A stretch of DNA of 32,000 bases, from the NCBI RefSeq assembly GCF_000734015.1, contig NZ_CP008796.1, positions 720,001 to 752,000 of the forward strand, in the 5' to 3' direction. Below are positions 25,601-32,000 of the stretch, one piece after another. The notes beneath the pieces were generated by a model. That model searched no databases. It saw nothing but the letters and a program-made list of their open reading frames with translations, and was not told the DNA's origin. Every line of letters starts with the position of its first letter. Position 1 is the first letter of the stretch. A program made the translations under genes and the position numbers. Source of the stretch: Thermodesulfobacterium commune DSM 2178 (lineage in GTDB: Bacteria > Desulfobacterota > Thermodesulfobacteria > Thermodesulfobacteriales > Thermodesulfobacteriaceae).

Positions 25601-25894
25601 AGAAGGACGTGAAGACGGATTCTGTGCCGACTTTATCAATTCAAGGGTTTGTCTATCCGTTCCTAAACCTATGAGAATTCTTATCTTTTCAGTTTTTTCT
25701 AAAGGTTCAACAAGTAGGTGAAAGCCACTCAAATAAAAATACGCAACCAGACAATCAAAGTACTTACAGTCCTTTATAAGCTCACACAGTCTATCTGTTA
25801 ATTTCTTCCCTGATTCGTTAGTTATGAAGGTTAAATCAAGAGGCACTTTTTCATTAACCATAGTATTTTTATCTTGATTTAAACATTTTGTCAT
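22643..25894 (-). CDS. Fusion protein: N-terminal PLD-family (single HKD) nuclease domain + SNF2/DEAD-like superfamily 2 helicase
   Basis: The HKD motif is LHAKLYIM...GRVITGSSNLT (H150, K152, G171-S-S-N174; nt 25373-25447). Helicase motifs are I DVVGLGKT (aa 291-298), II VIDEAHY (DEAH 366-369), III VSATPYNN, V/VI STEVLSEGVNLH and PWNPTKLMQRVGRVNR. The stop TAG 22643-22645 lies within TAGGAG, the SD for the methyltransferase ATG at 22633. Confidence 0.9.
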   Translation of the reverse strand: MTKCLNQDKNTMVNEKVPLDLTFITNESGKKLTDRLCELIKDCKYFDCLVAYFYLSGFHLLVEPLEKTEKIRILIGLGTDRQTLELIKSAQNPSSRPSHAETKEKVVELIEQEMADSEDDLKVEIGIKKFIEWIKKGKLEIRAYPSKKLHAKLYIMTFREGDRDIGRVITGSSNLTYSGLEKKLEFNVELKNPSDYFFAKERFEALWSEAVPVSEKYVQTINEKTWLNDNITPYELYLKFLYEYFKEDLSLKEKLSLVYLPQGFKRFEYQEQAVLNAKKILEEHGGVFISDVVGLGKTYITAMLVKQLDGRTLVVAPPALLTKNNPGSWPNVFSDFNVQADFVSIGKLDDAIQMIENREYKNVVIDEAHYFRTEETKRYEKLAEICRGKRVILVSATPYNNYPSDILAQIKLFQNVRKSTIPGVSNLEEFFKELERRLSKVNRQRDYEKFLEITRENAKEIRNKVLKHIMIRRTRSEIEKYFAEDLGRNNVKFPEVEDPKPLYYQLNDEEDEIFTETVRLITQEFKYARYTPLLYLKKGIKPLEEQSQRNMAGFMKVLLVKRLESSFHAFKSSIDRFIRSYEMFIKEFEKGNVYVSKDYINKIFNLIEKGDDKEIQKIIDEGKAEKYNKEDFRPEFGRDLKEDLEILKRIKSMWGKIKRDPKIEVLLSNLENNPILKDKKVIIFTESKETAEYLTEKINEYFKKEIALLFHGNSSEADRDKVIENFDARAKNKKDDYRILVSTEVLSEGVNLHRSNIVINYDIPWNPTKLMQRVGRVNRIDTPFDKIYTFNFFPTKQSESEIELTNIARSKIEAFLTLLGGDSAILTEGEPVSSHELFDKLLSKKTITEDEEEESELKYLRVIEDIRDKNPELFEKIKCLPKKARSGKVFNPSLSNVASPGSLVTFFRKGKLMKFFLSEKNRTIELDFLTTAKILESLVDEKRVEIPVETYYELLHKNKTAFFYSTAEEIVKHKHSSKDIYSKLIIELKATQSHSKQLTEDQEEYLKRVITQLERGALPKQTVKKVLSELNKLGREKLNPLKVIAVLHKEISNRLLESHYSEVSIVTEEKREVILSLYLANGE

Positions 25895-26401
25895 TTAAAA
25901 ATTACTACTATATACCAAATAAATACCATATAAACAAATCTGAGTCAATAAGGTAGTGTTCCCCCTAATTTGCCGATAAAAATTTATAATCATCCATAAT
26001 CTCCCCATTTTCCAATTGCTCTAAACGATTTATAATATCACCCATTGGGTAAAAAAATTTTCTAAATCTAAGAGGGTGCCATTATACTGCAAAACTCTCT
26101 TAACTTCAAAATCCTGATAACTAACAAAAATCTAACAACTAATTCAGAATTTTTTTGTTGGTGCCTTTACCTGATTCAAACAGATGTTATAGTGCCTGGT
26201 AATGTATCCAACCTATCCTTCTTATCCTTATAGGGGGAGATCATATCTGGTAGATTAAAATTTTTAGTCTAAAAATTACAGGAAATTTTTTTGATTTTAT
26301 TTTCTATTAGTATTTTCGTTATAAAAACCCTCTTGATTTATTGAAAGTTTTTTGCTAAATTGGTTTCAATTTTTTATAAAACTGAAAAATGAGGTAGGCT
26401 T

Positions 26402-27682
26402 ATGTTTTTGAGTTTATTTCTAATTTTTTTAAGTTTTTTTCCGTTCTTAGTATTAAAGGCTTATGGGGCTGGAATTGCTATCTATGAACAAGGGGTTAGT
26501 GGGCTTGGCAATGCCTATGCAGGGGCTGCAGCTTCGGCTGAAGACGGAAGTACTATTTTTTACAACCCTGCAGGACTCACTAAACTTACCAAGCCTGAAA
26601 TTTCCTTAGGTACTCATGTAATCATACCTACCGCTCATTTTAAAAACACAGGCTCGATTAAGGCTGATAAAACACCTCTTACTGGAAACAACGGCGGAGA
26701 TGCAGGGGTAATAGGGATAGTTCCTAACCTTTATGTTTCAACCCCGATAAATGAAAAGTTTTTTTTAGGTATAGGGATAAACTCTCCTTTTGGATTGCAG
26801 ACTGAGTATGACAAAAACTGGGTAGGTAGATATCATGCTATAAAGTCAAAGCTTATAACCATAAACTTAAACCCGGCTATGGCTTATAAACTCAATTCAA
26901 AGGTTAGTTTGGGTTTAGGGGCAAACTTTCAACGGGCAGAGGCAGAAATAACCAATGCAATAGATTTTACCAAATATGGAATTACTCAAGATGGTTTTGC
27001 CAGATTAAAAGGAGATGACTGGTCTTTTGGTTGGAATGCAGGCATTCTCTATGAACCCTCAGAAAATACCAGATTGGGTGTTGCTTACAGGTCTAAGATA
27101 ACCCACCAACTAAAAGGAAAGGTTAAGTTTGAAAATATCTCTTTTCCTTTAAGCAGTATATTTCATAAAGATAATGTTAAAGCCCGTCTTGACCTTCCTC
27201 CAATGCTATCTTTTAGCGGTTTTCATAAGCTAAACTCAAAATGGACCGTTTTGGCAGACATCACCTGGACTAGTTGGAGCAGGTTTGAAGAATTAAGAAT
27301 TAAGTATGATACTTTAACCATAGGAGACACAGTGATTACCACCAAGTGGAAAGATTGCTTCCGCTACTCTATAGGCTTATCTTATCAACCTACCTATAAA
27401 TGGGTTTTTCGCTCAGGCATAGCCTATGATGAAACCCCTATTGCTTTTGATAAACATAGAACTCCAAGGATCCCAGACACAGACAGGTTTTGGATAGCTT
27501 TAGGTTTAGGTTATACCTTATCTGAAAAACTGAAGTTTGATTTAGGATATGTGCACATATTTTTTAAAAAATCTTACATAGATAAAGACCCTGTAGGAGA
27601 AGATGAACGAAGAGGTGGTTTAAAAGGTTATTATCGAGGTCATGTAGACATAATAAGCGCTCAGTTGCGTTATAGTTTTTAA
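26402..27682 (+). CDS. fadL: Outer-membrane long-chain fatty acid / hydrophobic compound transporter (FadL/OMPP1/TodX family)
   Basis: A signal peptide is followed by GAGIAIYEQGVSGLGNAYAGAAASAEDGSTIFYNPAGL, the family N-terminal hatch motif. The rest has beta-strand periodicity and ends in a terminal Phe. Confidence 0.88.
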   Translation: MFLSLFLIFLSFFPFLVLKAYGAGIAIYEQGVSGLGNAYAGAAASAEDGSTIFYNPAGLTKLTKPEISLGTHVIIPTAHFKNTGSIKADKTPLTGNNGGDAGVIGIVPNLYVSTPINEKFFLGIGINSPFGLQTEYDKNWVGRYHAIKSKLITINLNPAMAYKLNSKVSLGLGANFQRAEAEITNAIDFTKYGITQDGFARLKGDDWSFGWNAGILYEPSENTRLGVAYRSKITHQLKGKVKFENISFPLSSIFHKDNVKARLDLPPMLSFSGFHKLNSKWTVLADITWTSWSRFEELRIKYDTLTIGDTVITTKWKDCFRYSIGLSYQPTYKWVFRSGIAYDETPIAFDKHRTPRIPDTDRFWIALGLGYTLSEKLKFDLGYVHIFFKKSYIDKDPVGEDERRGGLKGYYRGHVDIISAQLRYSF

Positions 27683-27702
27683 TTTGAAAAGAGGGAAAGA
27701 AC

Positions 27703-29229
27703 ATGCAACTTCATGAAAAATTTATTTATACAGCTAAAGCCTATCCTAATAAAATAGCTATTGTTGACAGAGCCATTGATAAAAGGTTTACTTATCAACA
27801 AGCCTTGATTGCAAGTCTTATTTTTTCCCGAAAAATAAGAAAATTTAGGGATCGATTGATTGGAGTTATGCTTCCTAACTCCTCTGCAGCCGTCTTTACA
27901 GTAGTAGGTATTCTTATGGCTGGAAAAATCCCAGTGATGATTAATTATTCTACCGGTCCAGAGTATAACATAAGATATGCAAGGGAAAAATGTAGTTTTA
28001 AGACGGTGGTGACTTCTAAGAAACTGCTTGAAAGGGTAAACTGTCCAGTTTTGGAAGACATGGCTTTTGTAGAAGACTGGATAGAGGAGATAGACTTAAA
28101 AGAAAAGTTAATCTCGTCAGCCATCTCACGGCTTCCTTTAAAATTTCTTATGACTTATTGTAACATCGATGAAGATGCAGAAAAAACAGCAGTTATACTT
28201 TTTACCAGTGGAAGCGAAAAAGACCCTAAGGCTGTGGAATTAAGTCATAAAAACATTCTTAGCAACATAGAAGGTTTTAGTGAGATGGCTAAGCTTACAG
28301 AAAAAGACATCATACTTTCCATTTTACCTTTTTTTCATGTTTTTGGGATAACCGTAAATCTCTGGACACCACTTTATCACGGTATGACTTTTATTACCTA
28401 TCAAACCCCACTTGAGTATCAAAAGATCTGTCAAATTATAAAGGAAGAAAGACCTACAGTTATGGCGGCTACTCCAAGTTTTTGGTGGGGGTATCTTAAA
28501 AAGGCAGAACCAGGAACCTTTGACAGCTTAAGGCTTATGGTAAGTGGAGCAGATAAATGTCCTCAATCTCTTAGAGATGCTATGTGGGAAAAGCACAGAA
28601 AAATACTTTTAGAAGGCTATGGGACTACTGAGACCTCACCTGCCATCTCAGCTAACATGCCTGATGCTAACAAACCTGGGAGTGTAGGAAAACCACTCCC
28701 TAACGTGGAAGTTATGATAGAGAACTACGAAACAGGAGAAAGGTGTGGGCCTAATGAAATAGGAAGAATTTTAGTAAAAGGTCCTAACGTAATGAAGGGT
28801 TATTATAACGATTTAGAAGAAACCTCTATGAGGATAAGACATGGATGGTATGACACAGGAGATATGGGTTATTTAGATGAAGATGGTTATCTCTGGCATG
28901 TCGGAAGACTTAAAAGGTTTGTTAAAATAGGTGGAGAAATGATATCTTTGGTTAAAGTAGAAGAGGAGTTAGAAAAGGTTCTACCTAAGGAGATAGAATG
29001 TTGTGTGGTAGAAGTACCTGATGAAATTAAAGGGGCTAAAATCGTTGCAGTGGTAAGCCAAAAGATAGATGAAAAGTCAGTGGTAAAACAACTTGCTAAG
29101 GTGCTCCCAAATTTAGCAATGCCTAAACAATTTTTAATCATCGAAGAACTCCCTAAGATGGGAAGTGGGAAAATAAACTTTAGTAAAGTACAAGAAATGG
29201 TGATAGAAAGGCTGAAGCTTAAAGGTTAA
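27703..29229 (+). CDS. AMP-dependent synthetase/ligase (acyl-CoA or acyl-ACP synthetase)
   Basis: The AMP-binding motif is ILFTSGSEKDPKAV (T-S-G-[ST]-x-x-x-P-K). EGYGTTETSP, WYDTGDMGYLDEDGYLWHVGRLKRFVKIGGE and a C-terminal GSGKI are also present. Confidence 0.88.
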   Translation: MQLHEKFIYTAKAYPNKIAIVDRAIDKRFTYQQALIASLIFSRKIRKFRDRLIGVMLPNSSAAVFTVVGILMAGKIPVMINYSTGPEYNIRYAREKCSFKTVVTSKKLLERVNCPVLEDMAFVEDWIEEIDLKEKLISSAISRLPLKFLMTYCNIDEDAEKTAVILFTSGSEKDPKAVELSHKNILSNIEGFSEMAKLTEKDIILSILPFFHVFGITVNLWTPLYHGMTFITYQTPLEYQKICQIIKEERPTVMAATPSFWWGYLKKAEPGTFDSLRLMVSGADKCPQSLRDAMWEKHRKILLEGYGTTETSPAISANMPDANKPGSVGKPLPNVEVMIENYETGERCGPNEIGRILVKGPNVMKGYYNDLEETSMRIRHGWYDTGDMGYLDEDGYLWHVGRLKRFVKIGGEMISLVKVEEELEKVLPKEIECCVVEVPDEIKGAKIVAVVSQKIDEKSVVKQLAKVLPNLAMPKQFLIIEELPKMGSGKINFSKVQEMVIERLKLKG

Positions 29230-30125
29230 GGTTTTTTCTTTTCATCGGGTTCTATATGGATGGTTACCTTGATGTCTCCATGTTTTTCTGAGATGTTTTT
29301 TTCTATTTCATTACAGATATCGTGGGCAGATTTAATAGACATCGTTTCTGAAACGGTTAGATGAAACTCTACAAATCCTTTTCTTCCGGCTCTTCGTGTT
29401 TTGAACTCATGGATGTCATGAATCTGTTCTTTTTGAGGATGATTTTTGATGGTTTCAGAGATGATGTTTTTGATAGAATCAACCTTTTCTTTGGGTAAGC
29501 TTGCATCAAGAAGAGAATTTATCGATTCTTTGGTAATTTTATAACCCATATAAAGTATATTGACCCCTAAAACCATAGCTATCAAAGGATCTAAAATCCA
29601 TATATTAAAAAATTTAGCAACAAAAAGACCAATCATTACCCCTAAAGTAGTTAAAACATCGGTAAATATGTGATGGGCGTGTGCTATTAGTATCGGTGAG
29701 TTTTCTTTTTTTCCTTGTAAATAGGCTATAAAAGAAATAAACCCGTTAAGGACTAAAGTTATTCCTATTAAAACAAACCCCTGATTAAGATTAGGTGGTG
29801 GTTGAGGAGTTTGAAGGTTTTGAAAGGCCTTCCATAAAATAGAGATAGATGCAATAAAAATAAAGGTAGCTTCGACGATAGAAAAAAGGTATTCTATCTT
29901 AGTGTGGCCATAGGGATGTTCAGGGTCAGGCGGTTTAAGAGCTATCTTTAAGCCGATAAAGGCTGTTAAGGCAGAAAAGATGTTTATGGTTGATTCCATA
30001 GCATCCGAATAGATAGCCACAGACTTGGTAATAAGATAAGCAAAAATCTTTATTAAAAAGATTAAGACAGCCAGACCTAAGCTTATAAGAGAAACTTTTG
30101 TGCCCTGAAAACCTTTAAGTTCCAT
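29226..30125 (-). CDS. Cation diffusion facilitator (CDF) family metal efflux transporter
   Basis: Six TM segments are present. SDAMES lies in TM2 and HIFTDVLTT in TM5 (H/D metal site). The C-terminal cytoplasmic domain has HEFKTRRAGRKGFVEFHLTV and VTIHIEP. Confidence 0.9.
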   Translation of the reverse strand: MELKGFQGTKVSLISLGLAVLIFLIKIFAYLITKSVAIYSDAMESTINIFSALTAFIGLKIALKPPDPEHPYGHTKIEYLFSIVEATFIFIASISILWKAFQNLQTPQPPPNLNQGFVLIGITLVLNGFISFIAYLQGKKENSPILIAHAHHIFTDVLTTLGVMIGLFVAKFFNIWILDPLIAMVLGVNILYMGYKITKESINSLLDASLPKEKVDSIKNIISETIKNHPQKEQIHDIHEFKTRRAGRKGFVEFHLTVSETMSIKSAHDICNEIEKNISEKHGDIKVTIHIEPDEKKKP

Positions 30126-30208
30126 CGTTTTCTAATTTTATCACAGCGACAAAAGTTTGAAAAGAATTAGGGCTTGACAACCGAGGATATCGTTTAAAAA
30201 TAAAGGGT

Positions 30209-30946
30209 ATGTTTAAAGTTTTTTTATCTCCAGGCAGCAAGGGTTGTCAAAAGGCAAGAGATCTTAAGGCTATAGCAGTGGTAGTAGATGCTCTAAGAGC
30301 AAGTGCTACTATAGTAACTTTGTTAGAAAAAGGGGTAGAAACTATCTTTGTGGTTTCAGAGGTAGAAGATGCCTGGGCATTAAAAAGAGAGTTACCCCAG
30401 GCTATGTTAGTAGGAGAAAGAAACAACCTTATAATAGAGGGTTTTGACTACAGTAACAGTCCTTCAGAGATATTTTCTGCTTCTAACTTAAAGGGTAGGT
30501 TAGTTATTTTTACCTCAACTTCTGGAGCAAGGAGAATCCTTGCTTGCAAAGGAGCTACCAGGGTATTTGTGGGAACTACCTTGAACGCAGAAGCCTTATC
30601 TGCGGTTTTAAGAGAGGAAAGCCAAAAACATCAAAAAGATATTGTTATAATTCCTGCAGGGGTATATGGAAAAGAAGAGTTTTCAGAGGAAGATGTGGTA
30701 GCTTCCTGGGAAATAGCTAAAAGGATAGGATTTAAAGTGATAGATGAGACAGGTTTTTTAACAGAAGAGGTCAAAAACCGTACAGTAGAAGAAAATTTTT
30801 ATTTATCTAAGCATGCTAAAGAATTAATAGAACTTGGTCTAGAAAAAGATGTTAAATTTTGTGCTCAAGTAGGAGTAGCTAAAACCATCCCAGAGGTTTT
30901 TCAGTTTATAGAAAAAGCAGCATTAGTCAAAAATCGTCTATCATAG
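30209..30946 (+). CDS. comB: 2-phosphosulfolactate phosphatase (ComB) family protein
   Basis: Family blocks are VVVDALRASATIVTLLEKG, LVGERNNLIIEGFDYSNSPSE, VIFTSTSGAR and IIPAGVYGKEEFSEEDVVASWEI. Confidence 0.8.
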   Translation: MFKVFLSPGSKGCQKARDLKAIAVVVDALRASATIVTLLEKGVETIFVVSEVEDAWALKRELPQAMLVGERNNLIIEGFDYSNSPSEIFSASNLKGRLVIFTSTSGARRILACKGATRVFVGTTLNAEALSAVLREESQKHQKDIVIIPAGVYGKEEFSEEDVVASWEIAKRIGFKVIDETGFLTEEVKNRTVEENFYLSKHAKELIELGLEKDVKFCAQVGVAKTIPEVFQFIEKAALVKNRLS

Positions 30947-31333
30947 AAAAGGCTTGATGATATCTCTTAGGGTTATGATACCTACAACTTCATCTCCTCT
31001 GGTTACAGGAAGTCTGATCAATCCTGTCATTTCCATAAGTTTCGCAGCATATTTGATGTCATAAAATTCAGGTACAGTTATACAGGGTTTGGTCATTATT
31101 TCTAAAACTTTGACCTTTTCTAAAGGTAACCCTTTAGCTATTACTTTGTAGACTATATCTTTAACTGTGATGATTCCATAAGCATCTTCTTCGTCTGTTT
31201 TTTCTACCACCAATCCTCTACAACCATTTTTTATCATAAAATCTGCCGCTTCTTTAACTGTGGCATTTCCGTTGATGGTAAACACAGGGGTACTCATAAC
31301 ATCTTTAACCCTGATTTTTTCAATCTCTATCAT
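30941..31333 (-). CDS. CBS-domain pair protein
   Basis: The 130-aa product has two CBS repeats (VKDVMSTPVFTI...AADFMIKNGCRGLVV and VLEIMTKPCITV...AAKLMEMTGLIRLPV...GIITLRDI). Confidence 0.88.
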   Translation of the reverse strand: MIEIEKIRVKDVMSTPVFTINGNATVKEAADFMIKNGCRGLVVEKTDEEDAYGIITVKDIVYKVIAKGLPLEKVKVLEIMTKPCITVPEFYDIKYAAKLMEMTGLIRLPVTRGDEVVGIITLRDIIKPFL

Positions 31334-31566
31334 AGCCCTTCACCCTTTAATTTTTTGCCTCTATTATAATAAAAAATTAAAGCACAGTCAAGGTAACCTG
31401 CTTTTTTAAGTTTAATAATCTTCAAATTAAACCCATAGAGGCTGAATTAGGTTGTCAGATATTATATAAAAATTATTTTAGGATTTCGTTAGCCATAGCA
31501 TTCCCAAGTTTCTCAGCTGCTTTTAAATAACACTCTTCAATAATAGATTTGTATATCTGACACTTG

Positions 31567-32000
31567 TCAAGAGAATTGTGTCTCCTTATAAAATCTCTTT
31601 ACAAACATTTGCCTCAATTCGTATAAAGCAGACTTAATTAAAGGAAGTGGTTTTTGCCATCTCGTTTTCTGAATCCGACTTACTGTTATGTATATCGCAA
31701 CCTCTGCTGTCTTGATTGATTGAAAATATCCCCCTGTATTTACCCTTATCAGCTCTATCCTGCTATTTATATTCTCAACCACATTCGTCGTGTATATATA
31801 CCTCCTCACCCCCTCAGGATATTTCTTATAAACAAAATAATGCTCCTTCTTTTTCAAAAGTCCCTTTATATAAGCTGGATACTTCTTCTCATAACTCTTA
31901 CATAATTCCTCAAATCTATTTAAGGCCCTCTCATACTCCTCTATCCTCTTTATAATGCTTAACTCCTCATAAAATTTTTTAGCATCCTGCTTAGACATGT
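31567..32000 (-). mobile_element. IS256-family (Mutator-type) transposase gene, 3' portion only; continues beyond the window edge
   Basis: YPEGVRRYIYTTNVVENINSRIELIRVNTGGYFQSIKTAEVAIYITVSRI matches the conserved C-terminal block of IS256/Mutator transposases (..TTN.iE..N..ir..t......F.s......l.yl). The track 'M' at 31998 is only 3 nt from the window edge, so the true start is presumably upstream, outside the window. The IS terminus was not identifiable. Confidence 0.8.

Noticed and set aside
25965-26045. A 26-codon minus-strand ORF (MGDIINRLEQLENGEIMDDYKFLSAN) upstream of the helicase gene
   Set aside because: It has no Shine-Dalgarno (T-rich upstream sequence), is very short, and has no recognisable motif. 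It cannot be distinguished from chance in a 507-nt AT-rich spacer.
25896-26279. Repeated 10-mer TAAAAATTAC (25896-25905 and 26270-26279), considered as a possible att-like direct repeat; also the CTTAACT/TCTAAC similarities between the left (17.85-17.95 kb) and right (26.1 kb) flanks
   Set aside because: Both 10-mer copies lie on the same side of the island. The cross-flank matches are 7 nt or shorter and imperfect. These are expected by chance in AT-rich DNA.
28887-29141. Track ORF 28887..29141(-), antisense to the acyl-CoA ligase
   Set aside because: It is a shadow ORF within a strongly supported AMP-ligase gene.
9654-30946. A possible functional link between the split UxaA-family (SuyAB-like) genes and the ComB-like 2-phosphosulfolactate phosphatase, as a sulfolactate pathway
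   Set aside because: The genes are about 19 kb apart, lie in different transcription units with unrelated genes between them, and the UxaA subfamily cannot be assigned by eye.
31716-31955. Track ORFs 31716..31955(+) and 31720..31905(+), opposite the transposase
   Set aside because: They are antisense to the conserved IS256 transposase block. Their Pro/Ser/Leu-rich composition is not protein-like.
1-32000. Search for tRNA, rRNA, CRISPR repeats, obvious riboswitch-like leaders and rho-independent terminators
   Set aside because: I recognised no periodic direct repeats, no tRNA-like T-arm/acceptor patterns, and no convincing GC-rich stem plus U-tract terminators by eye. Most convergent gene pairs abut or overlap. 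Absence should be confirmed with tRNAscan-SE, Infernal and CRISPR finders.

Overview
This is a compact, AT-rich bacterial chromosomal segment. Genes are tightly packed, with many 4-20 nt overlaps, and I recognised no rRNA, tRNA or CRISPR array by eye.

Gene content, left to right:
- 1-3017: a 5'-truncated EF-G paralog, mogA, and a selenocysteine-containing selD. The ORF track truncates selD at an internal GTG.
- 3144-5209: a BCR/HAD-family (double-cubane-like) metalloenzyme and its activase ATPase.
- 5199-9022: a LysR regulator divergent from a yedE / tusA-like / DUF3343 / YjeF_C-like kinase-fold operon, which forms a selenium/sulfur-trafficking neighbourhood.
- 9023-9397: a cyclophilin-like gene interrupted by an in-frame TGA.
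- 9654-12610: a split UxaA-family dehydratase, a DUF2905 protein and a futalosine-type radical SAM enzyme.
- 12638-16244: an AddB-like Fe-S nuclease preceded by a stand-alone RecB-type nuclease-domain ORF.
- 16300-17833: ilvE and a TPR protein.
- About 17.9-26.4 kb: an accessory island, described below.
- 26402-31333: fadL-like, acyl-CoA ligase, CDF transporter, comB-like and CBS-pair genes.
- 31567-32000: the 3' part of an IS256-family transposase running off the window.

The island is the best candidate for an undescribed system. It carries a translationally coupled operon on the minus strand. One gene fuses a single-HKD PLD nuclease to an SNF2 helicase (1083 aa). The other is a 1237-aa gamma-class N6-adenine methyltransferase with an N-terminal D-X9-E-X-K nuclease-like motif and a C-terminal target-recognition region. 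The architecture resembles a Type ISP enzyme split over two genes, or a DrmC+DrmD/DrmMI module without DrmA/DrmB. A truncated DUF2851-like ORF and a decayed C-terminal tail of a second RM methyltransferase follow it. All functional calls come from motif recognition by eye, and no database search was run.
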